Origin: Nitrososphaeria archaeon
GTDB lineage: Archaea > Thermoproteota > Nitrososphaeria > Conexivisphaerales > DTJL01
Length of the DNA: 64,000 nucleotides
Reading direction: 5' to 3'
Assembly (NCBI GenBank): GCA_029775965.1
Contig: JARVJU010000010.1
Location: forward strand, 1,581-65,580
In this document: positions 9,782 to 22,179 of the stretch, piece by piece
Position numbering within the stretch: the stretch's first letter is position 1
Layout: every line of letters begins with the position of its first letter
Made by a program: the position numbers and the translations under genes
Notes under the pieces: model-generated
The model's input: only the letters and a program-made list of their open reading frames with translations
What the model was told of the DNA's origin: nothing
The model's database searches: none

Positions 9782-9791
9782 TATCTCAGCT

Positions 9792-10223
9792 TTGGTTCGC
9801 CCTGTCGATTATAAAACAAGACCTATAGACCCTGACTTCCTTAAGAAGACTGATGAGTATCCTATAACAGGAGAGCATATCGCTCATAAAGTTAGGGCAG
9901 AGGGCAAACAAAGGGTTAGCGGTGAAGCAGGAGTTCTGTATCCAACAACACTAGGAGTGCACGGAACGCAGGTAGCTGTGGACTGGGAGAGCTGCATAGC
10001 TGATGGAGTCTGCATGGATGTATGTCCTGTTTTTGTCTTTGAGTGGGCTCTAAACCCTGGGCAAGCAGGTACAGGAAAAGATAAGATACTGCAACCAGGT
10101 ACAGATGAATGGAATAAATACAGAACCGATAAATCAGACCCTGTAAGAGAAGCTGATTGTATCTTCTGCATGGCCTGCGAGACAAGCTGCCCTACCCAAG
10201 CGATAAAGATAACTCAGCAATAG
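9792..10223 (+). CDS. zfx: Zinc-containing dicluster ferredoxin (Sulfolobus/Thermoplasma type)
   Basis: GEHIAHKV...LGVHGTQVAVDWESCIADGVCMDVCPV...DPVREADCIFCMACETSCP closely matches the Sulfolobus Zfx pattern GEHSGHKV...LGIHGT.VGVDFDLCIADGSC...CIFCMAC..VCP, including the His/His/His/Asp zinc ligands. Confidence 0.9.
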   Translation: MVRPVDYKTRPIDPDFLKKTDEYPITGEHIAHKVRAEGKQRVSGEAGVLYPTTLGVHGTQVAVDWESCIADGVCMDVCPVFVFEWALNPGQAGTGKDKILQPGTDEWNKYRTDKSDPVREADCIFCMACETSCPTQAIKITQQ

Positions 10224-10236
10224 GAGTTAGATTGTA

Positions 10237-10357
10237 TTGCAAGAGTTAGAGATTTGTCCTAACTGCAAAAATCCTATTGATAACTGCAAATGCGCTTGCC
10301 CATATTGTGGACAGACAGATGGCTGTGATTGTGCAATAGGCTACGCAGTGGCAACTG

Positions 10358-10365
<8 letters not shown>
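10237..10365 (+). CDS. Candidate Cys-rich micro-protein (42 aa) between ferredoxin and OFOR alpha
   Basis: Not in the ORF track. TTG 10237 with AGGAG at 10222-10226. Translation (M)QELEICPNCKNPIDNCKCACPYCGQTDGCDCAIGYAVATGG has 8 Cys. Stop TAA 10363-10365 overlaps the GTG start (10358) of the next gene. Confidence 0.45.
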
Positions 10366-13271
<2,906 letters not shown>

Positions 13272-13354
13272 GTATGCGTTCAATCGCTCTCCAATAGCGG
13301 TTTTTTAGAATATGCAGATGTATTTTAATAAAAGATGTTCAATAAATTCAGAAT

Positions 13355-13843
13355 ATGCAAGCTCGTATTGATTATAGAAAGGTAGCACCTGGCGCTAGAG
13401 AGGCAATGCTTGCTCTAGAGCGCTATGTCGATTCCTCAGGACTCGAGTCTTCTTTGTTGAACTTGGTAAAGATAAGAGCGTCTCAGATAAACGGGTGTGC
13501 CTGGTGTTTAGATATGCATACAAAAGATGCAAGAGCTGAAGGTGAAACTGAACAGAGAATCTACTCACTATCAGCGTGGGCTGACACACCGTTCTACTCG
13601 GAGAGGGAAAAGGCAGCGCTTAAATGGACAGAAGCTGTAACATTAGTTTCTATTAGTCATGTACCAGACGATATTTTTGAAGAAGTCAGAAGATACTTTA
13701 CTGAAAAGGAGATGGTTGACCTAACCTTGGCAATAATAGCTATTAATGGTTGGAATAGACTCAACGTAGCTTTTAGAACAGTACCTGGAGATTATCAACC
13801 AAGGAAGACTTTACAAAAACAGATGATAAAGTCTGAACAATGA
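13355..13843 (+). CDS. Carboxymuconolactone decarboxylase / AhpD-like family protein
   Basis: IRASQINGCAWCLDMH CxxC core typical of the AhpD/CMD family. Confidence 0.8.
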   Translation: MQARIDYRKVAPGAREAMLALERYVDSSGLESSLLNLVKIRASQINGCAWCLDMHTKDARAEGETEQRIYSLSAWADTPFYSEREKAALKWTEAVTLVSISHVPDDIFEEVRRYFTEKEMVDLTLAIIAINGWNRLNVAFRTVPGDYQPRKTLQKQMIKSEQ

Positions 13844-14172
13844 TAAATTTGAGTGTGAGCCTAGACAGATTCGATGATGGATTTGAAATCTGCTCTTCAA
13901 ACAATATGAATTCTCGCATTTATAGAAGGCATTCATGCATCCTTTGAAAAAAAGAAAGGCGACTTGTTAGATTGTGGAGACATCTGTTTGCAATAGTTTA
14001 CCATATGGTTCACCCAGTACATAAAATATCACTTACGTATATCGTACATTGATCGAGCCTGTAAGCAGAAGCAAGTGCTTGCTGCAATGACCAGCCTAAC
14101 AGACTGCTAAACTGGAGCAAAAAAAGATAATATCTACCCATAAAAGATTAATTCGCTCTCGATGAGAAAAGG

Positions 14173-15579
14173 CTATTTGTTATTCAAAAAATTCAAGACC
14201 TTATACGCAGTAGATTCTGCCTGTTGAATACAGTCTGAAATGCTTATACCATGGTATGAAGCACCAGCTATGTGAAGCCCAGGGTAAAGAGAGATCGCCT
14301 CTTCTAAAGCTCTGATTTTTTCTCTGTGCCCTATAGAATAGCAAGGAAAAGCGTTTTTCCATCTGTTTACTTTGATAAAAAGTGGTTCCTCTGCTATACT
14401 GAGGACAGCCTTCAAATCCTTCAGCACAATTTCTGCTAGCTGCTTATCACTATAGTCTAGAATGCTCGCTTCTCTGTTTGTATCTAAGTAGCATCTCAGT
14501 AGCGTATACCCAGGTGGGGAGAAACCGGACCATTTGTTTGATGTGATAGTGCATGCTGATATCCTTAACTCTGATTCGCTAGGGATCAGAAAGCCAGTCC
14601 CTGCAAATACTGATTTTATCTCATGCCTAAAAGCTAGAGTGACAACTACAACTGATGCATACCTGATACTTTTTAGCATGGAGAGTTCAGGTAATGAGAG
14701 TATATCTGCAGTTATGTAGGCGGGGGTAGCGAATACAACACTCCTGCCCCTTAAAGTTGAACCGTCTTCCAGTAATACCTCGAATCTTTTATCATAAGGA
14801 TTTATCGAAACACTTCGAACATGCTTACCTGTTATGATAGAAGTATAGTCATGGTCGATATTTGAAACGATTGCATCTATTATTTCCCTTAGTCCTCTCT
14901 TCAGAGTATAGAAAGCTTGATCTCCTTTTTTTGACTTACCCTTTCTTTTCTCTTTGAAGAGGCCGAAAATTAAGCTCCTATATCTCCTTTCGATATCCTT
15001 TAGGTAAGGGAAGGTAGCATCAATACTCAGCTCCTGAGCGCTGCAACCATGCACCCCGGCCAATAAAGGCGCAGCGATACGCAGAAGAACCTGCTTCCCC
15101 AATCTTCTCCTTATAAATGAAGCTATCGACTCATCTCTTTCATCTCTACTCTTTGGAATTAGCAGGTCCATCAAGGCTCGAATTTTTCCTGTGGGTGAGA
15201 GCAGTCCTGTCTTCAAAAAAGGGATTAGACGTGAGGGTGCAACTTGGAACATCCCTTCAGGTATTTCAAGCAGCTTTCTATCGACTAGAATGTATGTCTT
15301 TGCGCTGTTCATTTTGAGTAGATCTTTCGATATTCCTAGCTCCTGACAAAGATTGAACACCCAAGGCTTGCTTGATGAAAGAGAGTCAGGTCCACCTTCA
15401 ATTGTAAAACCGGCGTTGTATTCTGTCTGGATTTTGCCTCCAAGATTTTCTGTACCCTCTATTAAGGTGCATGATATCTTTATACCTCCCTTTTTTGCTC
15501 TCGATTGAATATAGTAAGCTGTAGAAAGCCCTGTTATACCCCCGCCTATAATGACTACATCGCTCTCAACTAGACCCAT
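14173..15579 (-). CDS. hemY: Protoporphyrinogen/coproporphyrinogen III oxidase (HemY/CgoX family, FAD)
   Basis: VVIIGGGITGLSTAYY, LIEGTENLGGKIQT, EGGPDS, ESIASFIRRRLG and PLLAGVHG are collinear with Bacillus HemY as I remember it. Confidence 0.82.
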   Translation of the reverse strand: MGLVESDVVIIGGGITGLSTAYYIQSRAKKGGIKISCTLIEGTENLGGKIQTEYNAGFTIEGGPDSLSSSKPWVFNLCQELGISKDLLKMNSAKTYILVDRKLLEIPEGMFQVAPSRLIPFLKTGLLSPTGKIRALMDLLIPKSRDERDESIASFIRRRLGKQVLLRIAAPLLAGVHGCSAQELSIDATFPYLKDIERRYRSLIFGLFKEKRKGKSKKGDQAFYTLKRGLREIIDAIVSNIDHDYTSIITGKHVRSVSINPYDKRFEVLLEDGSTLRGRSVVFATPAYITADILSLPELSMLKSIRYASVVVVTLAFRHEIKSVFAGTGFLIPSESELRISACTITSNKWSGFSPPGYTLLRCYLDTNREASILDYSDKQLAEIVLKDLKAVLSIAEEPLFIKVNRWKNAFPCYSIGHREKIRALEEAISLYPGLHIAGASYHGISISDCIQQAESTAYKVLNFLNNK

Positions 15580-15719
15580 TATGCTGTATTGTCCATTGAC
15601 TACTATATTTGTTAGTTGTCACAAGCTAAAAGAGCATCCTAGCAGGTAAAACTCTTCCAAAATTCTTGTATCATCTCTAAGTCCTACAAACAAGATAATT
15701 TTAACGCTACATGTTGTGC

Positions 15720-16205
15720 TTATACTCTTCCAGCTCTCTCAATCAACCTTTTGTGCCATGCTGGTATGTTATAGCTATCAAGGTGATAACTAGCCTGGTA
15801 TGGCTTTATATCAAGCACTGGAGTTCCATCAAACAGGTCAAGGTTTGCTACCCTCAGTCTGTTCTGTGTAATTTTGATGAGATGCACTAAGGAAAGAGCA
15901 ATAGGGTTAGGCCTTGTAGGAGAGTCCAGAGCAAATACACCTATTGTAGGCAACTCTTCCAGAGTAAGTCCATACCTAAGCAACCCTCTTGGCTTGACCT
16001 TCAAGGGACCTATCTGTTCTGGCCTGAGCATATTGAAGTAAGCAAGTACAAATATATGTGAAAAACCTTGCAATCCTTCAAGGCCCTGCTCGAACTCTGG
16101 ATATATTTCTATTATTGATTCTCCGGCATACTTCCCCTCTTTCACCTGCTCAGGAGTAGCGCCTGAACGTACTATACCAATCGGTTTGAGCTTTATCTCT
16201 TCCAT
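15720..16205 (-). CDS. TsaA/YaeB (TrmO) family SAM-dependent methyltransferase
   Basis: KPIGIVRSG, FSHIFVLAYF, RPNPIALSLV, DLFDGTPVLDIKPY: the UPF0066 pattern. Confidence 0.85.
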   Translation of the reverse strand: MEEIKLKPIGIVRSGATPEQVKEGKYAGESIIEIYPEFEQGLEGLQGFSHIFVLAYFNMLRPEQIGPLKVKPRGLLRYGLTLEELPTIGVFALDSPTRPNPIALSLVHLIKITQNRLRVANLDLFDGTPVLDIKPYQASYHLDSYNIPAWHKRLIERAGRV

Positions 16206-16426
16206 ACGATAACAGATTGTAACGCCAATTTAATAACTTAGCAGGATTGTTCTAGGTCCAATCTGGTATTGCTTGTATGTGAGCATGTTTACCCAAGGAT
16301 ACGATAAATGACGGTTGTACACAAAGGTGTTTATAGTCTCCCTTTGGCCTTTTTGTGTGTAGAAGATTGACATTGCCTTGTAATTTTACGTTCCATCCTT
16401 TTTTACGATACCTTTTTCAAACGATA

Positions 16427-16434
16427 GGGGGTGA
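16427..16434 (+). promoter_or_regulatory. Shine-Dalgarno-like GGGGGTGA upstream of sdhA
   Basis: Complementary to the expected archaeal 16S 3' tail (GGAGGTGA type). Lies 11 nt before ATG 16446. The same motif precedes the 3127 micro-ORF, and related ones precede 9359 and 36209. Confidence 0.4.
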
Positions 16435-16445
16435 TGGCAGAGTAA

Positions 16446-18161
16446 ATGCAGATGGTAAGTCATGATATAGTTATAGTCGGCTCTGGTTTAGCTGGTTTGA
16501 GGGCAGCCATTCAGGCATCTATTGTTGGAAATGGTAAGCTAGACATTGCCATAGTATCAAAGCTGCTTCTTATGCGCTCTCATAGTGTAGCAGCTGAGGG
16601 AGGAACGGCTGCGGTTCTTTATACTGATGAAGGTGATAGTACAGAACTGCATGCCTTCGACACAATAAAGGGGTCTGATTATCTGGCTGATCAAGATGCT
16701 GTGGAAAGATTCGTAAGACTCGCACCAGAGGAGATACTAAGGCTTGAACACTGGGGTATGCCATGGAGCAGAAGAGCTGACGGTAGAATAGCTCAGAGAC
16801 CCTTCGGCGGTCACAGCTTTCCTAGGGCTACCTTTGCCGGAGACAGAGTCGGCTTTTACGAAATGCAGACTCTCTACGGTACCTTGATGAAATATCAACC
16901 TATTCATATCTACGAAGAGTGGTACATGACAGATTTGGCAGTGGAAGATGGTATCTGCCGTGGAATTGTAGCAATAGACATGAAGTCTGGAGAATTGGTA
17001 GGCATTGCCGCAAAGGCGACTATAATCGCTACAGGCGGGCTTGGGAGGCTCTATGGCTTTACCACGTACAGTCATACAGTAACAGGAGATGGAGCTGCAG
17101 CTTGCTATAGAGCTGGCGTACCTTTGAAGGATATGGAGTTCATACAATTCCATCCAACAGGACTTGTTCCTTCTGGTATACTTCTCTCTGAGGCAGTTAG
17201 AGGCGAAGGTGGGCTCTTGCTGAACAACAAGGGTGAGAGATTTATGCAAAAATATGCTCCAAAGATGATGGAACTAGCTCCAAGGGACATAATATCAAGA
17301 TCGATCGTCAAAGAATTGATGGAGGGGAGAGGCTTCAAAGATCCTTCGGGACTAGATTATGTGCTTCTTGACTTCAGCAAAATACCTAAAGAAAGAATTA
17401 TGGAAAGACTGACCATGATGGTGGAGATAGGGGAGAGTTTCGCAGGTATAAATCCAAACGAGGCACCTCTTCCAGTCAGGCCTTCTGCGCACTACAGTAT
17501 GGGTGGTATTAGCACTGATATAGACGCCAAGACTATGCTCAGGGGTTTATGGGCTGCAGGAGAAGCAGCAAGCGTGAGTGTGCATGGAGCGAACAGATTA
17601 GGTTCAAACTCTACCATTGCCTGCCTTGTGTTTGGAAGGATAGCAGGCGAGGGAGCAGCTAGATATGTACAAGGCTCAGATCAAACTGTCTCCATCTCTC
17701 AGGCTTTGCTACAAAGAGAAGAAAGGAGAATATTTGACGAAATACTCGGAAAAGAGGCAGGAGAAGACCCATATGAACTGAAGAAAGAGCTTTGGGAGAC
17801 TATGGATGAATATGTCTATGTCTTCAGGGATGAGAAAGGGTTGACTCAAGCATTGCATAAGATAAGAGAACTAAAAGATAGAGCTAGAAGCGTTAGAGTA
17901 CAGGACAGGTCAAGAAATTTCAACACAAACCTTACCGGTACGCTTGAGACATTGAATCTGATTCAACTAGCTGAGGTCGTTGTAAACGCTGCATTACTAC
18001 GTAAAGAATCAAGAGGAGCTCATGCAAGAGTAGATTATCCTACTAGGGATGATATAAACTTCTTAAAGCATTCTCTCAGCTACAATGCTGTGGATGGGCC
18101 TAGGGTTGAATACATACCAGTAAAGATAACCAAATGGCAGCCACAGGAGAGGAAGTATTAG
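16446..18161 (+). CDS. sdhA: Succinate dehydrogenase flavoprotein subunit
   Basis: VIVGSGLAGLRAA, RSHSVAAEGG (covalent FAD His), FHPTG, RGEGG, HYSMGG, SRGAHAR. Confidence 0.95.
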   Translation: MQMVSHDIVIVGSGLAGLRAAIQASIVGNGKLDIAIVSKLLLMRSHSVAAEGGTAAVLYTDEGDSTELHAFDTIKGSDYLADQDAVERFVRLAPEEILRLEHWGMPWSRRADGRIAQRPFGGHSFPRATFAGDRVGFYEMQTLYGTLMKYQPIHIYEEWYMTDLAVEDGICRGIVAIDMKSGELVGIAAKATIIATGGLGRLYGFTTYSHTVTGDGAAACYRAGVPLKDMEFIQFHPTGLVPSGILLSEAVRGEGGLLLNNKGERFMQKYAPKMMELAPRDIISRSIVKELMEGRGFKDPSGLDYVLLDFSKIPKERIMERLTMMVEIGESFAGINPNEAPLPVRPSAHYSMGGISTDIDAKTMLRGLWAAGEAASVSVHGANRLGSNSTIACLVFGRIAGEGAARYVQGSDQTVSISQALLQREERRIFDEILGKEAGEDPYELKKELWETMDEYVYVFRDEKGLTQALHKIRELKDRARSVRVQDRSRNFNTNLTGTLETLNLIQLAEVVVNAALLRKESRGAHARVDYPTRDDINFLKHSLSYNAVDGPRVEYIPVKITKWQPQERKY

Positions 18162-18162
18162 T

Positions 18163-18642
18163 ATGAAGTCTGTAAATACAAAAAATAATGCAGGGATCTA
18201 TAGAGGATGGTTAAAATTCTGGAATAGAAACTGGGAAAGGTGGCTGTATACAATGCACAGAATAACTGGTATAGGAGTTGGCCTTTACTTTATCGCTCAC
18301 ATCTGGGAGACTAGTTATTCAGCGACAGCTTTCTTAGATGTAGAGAGCGGTGGTAGCCCTATCATTTGGACAAACTTAATGTCCTTTCTTTCAAACGAGT
18401 TCTTCCATACAGGCTTGTTGCTTGTTGTTCTCGCATCAGTATTCCATGCACTGAATGGTATAAGACTGATACTAGCAGAGCAAGGAATTCTTATAGGGAG
18501 GGTAAAGCCTCCGTCTTTTCCCTACATACCTGCAAGCATAAGGGGCGGGCAAAGATACCTGGGAGCGGGATTAGTAGCTCTTAGCTTTATACTTACAGTA
18601 TACGGATTCTACCAGCTCTTTATCATAGGACTTGGATGGTGA
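18163..18642 (+). CDS. sdhC: Succinate dehydrogenase membrane anchor, cytochrome b subunit
   Basis: Three TM helices. HRITGIGVGLYFIAH and FHALNGIRL are heme-ligand His contexts. Position within the sdh operon. Confidence 0.75.
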   Translation: MKSVNTKNNAGIYRGWLKFWNRNWERWLYTMHRITGIGVGLYFIAHIWETSYSATAFLDVESGGSPIIWTNLMSFLSNEFFHTGLLLVVLASVFHALNGIRLILAEQGILIGRVKPPSFPYIPASIRGGQRYLGAGLVALSFILTVYGFYQLFIIGLGW

Positions 18643-18646
18643 GAAG

Positions 18647-18991
18647 ATGAAAGAATCTACTCTTATGCTCCTACAGTACCTTACGGGTGTAGGTATTCTT
18701 ATCCTAGGCGCTTTTCATTTTGCTCTTCTAAGTTTTGCAGGAGGAGGCTATTCAAATGCAATAAGTTTCGCATCTGTACTAAGCGTTTATATGAGCTTTG
18801 GACTTGTATTCGAGCTCTTCCTTGTCTTTTTAACATTCCATATATTCAACGGCTTTAGGAAGATATTGGTCGAAATATATCAGGGTGCATTATATCAAAA
18901 AACCGTTACTTGGCTGATGATAGTAGCAGGTGCTGCAACATTTTTGTGGGGTACTAGAACCATTTTGATATTTCTCGGGGTGTTACACTGA
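18647..18991 (+). CDS. sdhD: Succinate dehydrogenase small membrane anchor subunit
   Basis: Three TM helices; FHIFNGFRK. ATG 18647 is preceded by GGTGA. The track ORF starts at an upstream TTG 18632 that overlaps sdhC. Confidence 0.7.
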   Translation: MKESTLMLLQYLTGVGILILGAFHFALLSFAGGGYSNAISFASVLSVYMSFGLVFELFLVFLTFHIFNGFRKILVEIYQGALYQKTVTWLMIVAGAATFLWGTRTILIFLGVLH

Positions 18992-18992
18992 T

Positions 18993-19790
18993 ATGCAGCG
19001 GACAGAGTTTGAAGAAAGGACGGAAAATGTATCTGTTAAGGTCTTCAGATATGATTCATCAAGCATAAAAAAGGCAAAATTCGACACCTTTATTGTTCCT
19101 GTAAAAAAAGGGATGACACTTCTGGAATCCCTTCTTTACATTAAGGAAAGACTGGACCCTTCTTTTACATTCAGATATAGCTGTAGAATGGGTATATGCG
19201 GCTCTTGCGGTCTGGTAGTAAACGGAAAAGAGAAGCTAGCATGCAAGACACAGATGGAAACTTTAGGGAAGTCGATAGAGGTAAGACCATTAAACAACAT
19301 GCCTTTGATTAGGGATTTGGTTGTCGATTTTTCTTCCTTCCTTGAAAAGCATAAAAAAGTGAAGCCTTACATAATAAGAGAAGATGTGGATAAAAACCCT
19401 GACAGGGAATTCAAACAGCTGCCAGAAGAAGTGAACAACTATCTTATCTTTGCAGATTGCATCAAATGCGGACTCTGCTACTCAGCCTGCCCTACAAATG
19501 CAACAGACGAACTATACCTTGGACCACAAGCATTAACTCAAGCTTACAGATTTATCGCAGACTCAAGGGATGATGGTCAAATGGTAAGAATGAATATTGT
19601 GGATACAAACCATGGGATATGGAACTGCCACTTCGCAGGAAGCTGTACGGATGTGTGTCCAAAGGGAGTGGACCCGGCATTCGCTATACAGCAACTTAAG
19701 ACACTAGCAATAAGAAAATCTGGCTTCTTGAAGAAGAAAAGACCTGCTGCTCCTATAGATAAGAGAAGAGAGATAGCAGAGCATAGTTAA
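18993..19790 (+). CDS. sdhB: Succinate dehydrogenase iron-sulfur subunit
   Basis: SCRMGICGSCG (2Fe-2S), CIKCGLCYSACP (4Fe-4S), CHFAGSCTDVCPK (3Fe-4S). Confidence 0.93.
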   Translation: MQRTEFEERTENVSVKVFRYDSSSIKKAKFDTFIVPVKKGMTLLESLLYIKERLDPSFTFRYSCRMGICGSCGLVVNGKEKLACKTQMETLGKSIEVRPLNNMPLIRDLVVDFSSFLEKHKKVKPYIIREDVDKNPDREFKQLPEEVNNYLIFADCIKCGLCYSACPTNATDELYLGPQALTQAYRFIADSRDDGQMVRMNIVDTNHGIWNCHFAGSCTDVCPKGVDPAFAIQQLKTLAIRKSGFLKKKRPAAPIDKRREIAEHS

Positions 19791-19891
19791 AGCAGATGTA
19801 AAAAAACAGATTAACATCTGGAAGAAATATGCTTCTATCATTCATTACTCAATTCTGTACCAATCAGATTTGGTAAAATTCGATTCCTATG

Positions 19892-20347
19892 TTATATCTC
19901 TTTCACGTATCTCCCAAAGAGCTTGATGAATGCTAAGAGAGAACCTAAACCTTGCTGTACTTCTGGATCCCTGAGCGCTTTCAAAAGGCCTGTTATTCCT
20001 TTTACCCTTTGTGCATTCGTCATACTCTGGCTGAGCTCTACGCTATGATTCATAAGTACAGATAGTATCTTTTGTACTTCCGGAGATCCGAGTTTTGCAA
20101 GAAGCTCTATAGCGCTACTTCCTAGTGATGCTGCACCTGAAATCATTTCATCGGATAACATATTTTTGCTGTTTGCAATAGCGCATACTAACGAGAAGAG
20201 TGTGTCAAGCGCGCCCATTTTATCCAGCTCCTGCATAAGAGATACAGCATGCTCTATACTAGGCAGTGCCTGTATTAGCTTATCTAGTAGCTCTACATTT
20301 TGAGGAGCTGTTAATTTATCAACAATATTATCCTTTCCCATGGTCAT
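19892..20347 (-). CDS. DUF1641-like helical protein, partner of the upstream flavoprotein
   Basis: 151 aa. Helical repeats (LDKLIQALP, LLAKLGSPEVQ, LLKALRDPEVQ). Its start ATG shares a base with the stop of the SQR-like gene (TAATG). Confidence 0.65.
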   Translation of the reverse strand: MTMGKDNIVDKLTAPQNVELLDKLIQALPSIEHAVSLMQELDKMGALDTLFSLVCAIANSKNMLSDEMISGAASLGSSAIELLAKLGSPEVQKILSVLMNHSVELSQSMTNAQRVKGITGLLKALRDPEVQQGLGSLLAFIKLFGRYVKEI

Positions 20348-21504
20348 TACACCCCAAATCCAGGTAGCAGACCCTTTGCCGTGACAGTCCAGTACATCCT
20401 GTTATAGACCAGCTTGTACCAGTAACATGCAAAGTTTGGAGGTGGTGGCGATGGAGGATGCTCATAGTCGAAGAGAAGAATGGTAGCTTCTCCAATCGCT
20501 GTTATAATAAAGCACATTACACGCCCATCGTACCTCAGGCTTGGTGGAAAGCCGTTGATGTTATCCCATATATTTGTTGATACCACAGCTGCTTGAAAAT
20601 CAGCGGCAGAACCTGCCTTAGATACAGGCAGGTCAGTAGCATCACCTATAGCATAAACATCGTCATACCCTTTAACATGAAGTGTATATCTATCTGTTGG
20701 AATCCAGCCTCCCTTATCTGTCAGGCCTGATACGCGAACAACTTCACTTCCCGTATGGGGAGGTGTAAGTACTGCTAGATCATACTTTATCGTTTCTCCT
20801 TCTATAGACGTTATCTCCTTCTTTTCTGGATTTACGGATTCGACGTTGAAAAGGAGATCCGTCTTGATCTTCCTATCATCCATTAGTTTTTGAACTTGTT
20901 CCGCAACATTAGGTATAGTAAACGGTCTTGGGAGGGGGTAAAGATAATCAAGCTCTATCTTATCTCTTACGCCTAGCTTAGAGTAATAAGAGTCAGCCAA
21001 GAAAGCAAACTCCATCGGCGCTGTAGGGCATTTGAACGGTATTCCAGTAACCGCAACTACAAGCCTTCCACCTTCAAATTTACCGATTGCTTCTCTTAAC
21101 TTGTATGCATTCTCTAGCGTATAAAAATCATACCCTCCCTTTTCCAGCCCAGGCACTTGCGAATAATCAGGCTGTGCACCTGTAGCTAAAACAAGAAAAT
21201 CGTATTGCAGACTACTCGAGTCCGTTTTGACAAGCCTATTGTTTACATCTATCTTATTTACCCTTTCTTGTCTAAATTTTATAGTCTCCGCAAGCAGATC
21301 CCTTTCTGGCCTGATGGCTTCATTTCTATGCATTATGCCGAATGGTATAAGCAGGTATGCTGGCTGGTATACATGTAGCGAGGAAGAGTCTACTACTGTA
21401 ATCTCTATCTCGCCTTTTACAAGCTTCTCGTGTAGCCTATGAGCTAAGTTGTTTGCAACTATAGTTCCTCCTGTTCCCCCGCCAACGACAAGGATCCTTT
21501 TCAA
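20347..21504 (-). CDS. sqr: Sulfide:quinone oxidoreductase-like FAD-dependent pyridine nucleotide-disulfide oxidoreductase
   Basis: ILVVGGGTGGTIVAN dinucleotide fold, FKCPTAPMEFAF (SQR-type redox Cys), YAIGDATD, and a second Cys in RVMCFII. Confidence 0.78.
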   Translation of the reverse strand: MKRILVVGGGTGGTIVANNLAHRLHEKLVKGEIEITVVDSSSLHVYQPAYLLIPFGIMHRNEAIRPERDLLAETIKFRQERVNKIDVNNRLVKTDSSSLQYDFLVLATGAQPDYSQVPGLEKGGYDFYTLENAYKLREAIGKFEGGRLVVAVTGIPFKCPTAPMEFAFLADSYYSKLGVRDKIELDYLYPLPRPFTIPNVAEQVQKLMDDRKIKTDLLFNVESVNPEKKEITSIEGETIKYDLAVLTPPHTGSEVVRVSGLTDKGGWIPTDRYTLHVKGYDDVYAIGDATDLPVSKAGSAADFQAAVVSTNIWDNINGFPPSLRYDGRVMCFIITAIGEATILLFDYEHPPSPPPPNFACYWYKLVYNRMYWTVTAKGLLPGFGV

Positions 21505-21510
21505 GAATCT

Positions 21511-21762
21511 TCACCTTGTTTTGCGTACTCTTATTCTATCATATCCTTTTTCATGTATCACACCTAAAAATTCATGACCTGCCTTTTCTGTCCACTTTGG
21601 TATATCCCTTTGCGATCCTCCGTCAGAGGACCATACCTCTATAATATCTCCTATGTTGCTCTGCTTTACAGTTCGTATAAGTTCCATGAGAGGGCCAGGA
21701 CAGTAGCTTCCCCTCGCATCTATTACCTTAACCTTTTCTTCTTCATGACTCAATCTTTTCAC
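21511..21762 (-). CDS. tusA: TusA/SirA-family sulfurtransferase
   Basis: 83 aa. DARGSYCPGPLMEL contains the CPxP active-site motif. Confidence 0.85.
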   Translation of the reverse strand: MKRLSHEEEKVKVIDARGSYCPGPLMELIRTVKQSNIGDIIEVWSSDGGSQRDIPKWTEKAGHEFLGVIHEKGYDRIRVRKTR

Positions 21763-22179
21763 CTAGATGAAAAGAGTAAACTTTGCATCTTTGGCTATAT
21801 CAACGAATTCTCCAACCGCCATGACATCGTCAACAATATCTACAAGATCATCTTTCTTCATTTGTAGCATGTCATAGGTCATGGCGCAGGCATGAATTCT
21901 TACGTTTCCTATTTCCTTTGCCTTCTTTAATGTTTCAAACCATGACGGTACATTCTTATCCTTCATCACTTGCATCATCATAGCTGCCATATCTTCATAG
22001 TCTTTGCTGAATCTTGTATTCCTATTCACCCAATCCTTTCTGAAAGCATTCAAGCCCCAAAAGGTAAGGAATATTTCTACGTCAAGCCCCATAGCAACTC
22101 CGCCTGATGCGATTATACCTACGGGGAGAAGTTTATCAACAGTTCCCGAGAAAACTACCATGGCAAGTTTATCAGCCAT
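21763..22179 (-). CDS. dsrE: DsrE/DsrF-like family protein (COG2210 type)
   Basis: 138 aa. MVVFSGTVDKL, GLDVEIFLTFWG, and a conserved Cys in IHACAMTYDM. Abuts tusA with no gap. Confidence 0.78.
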   Translation of the reverse strand: MADKLAMVVFSGTVDKLLPVGIIASGGVAMGLDVEIFLTFWGLNAFRKDWVNRNTRFSKDYEDMAAMMMQVMKDKNVPSWFETLKKAKEIGNVRIHACAMTYDMLQMKKDDLVDIVDDVMAVGEFVDIAKDAKFTLFI

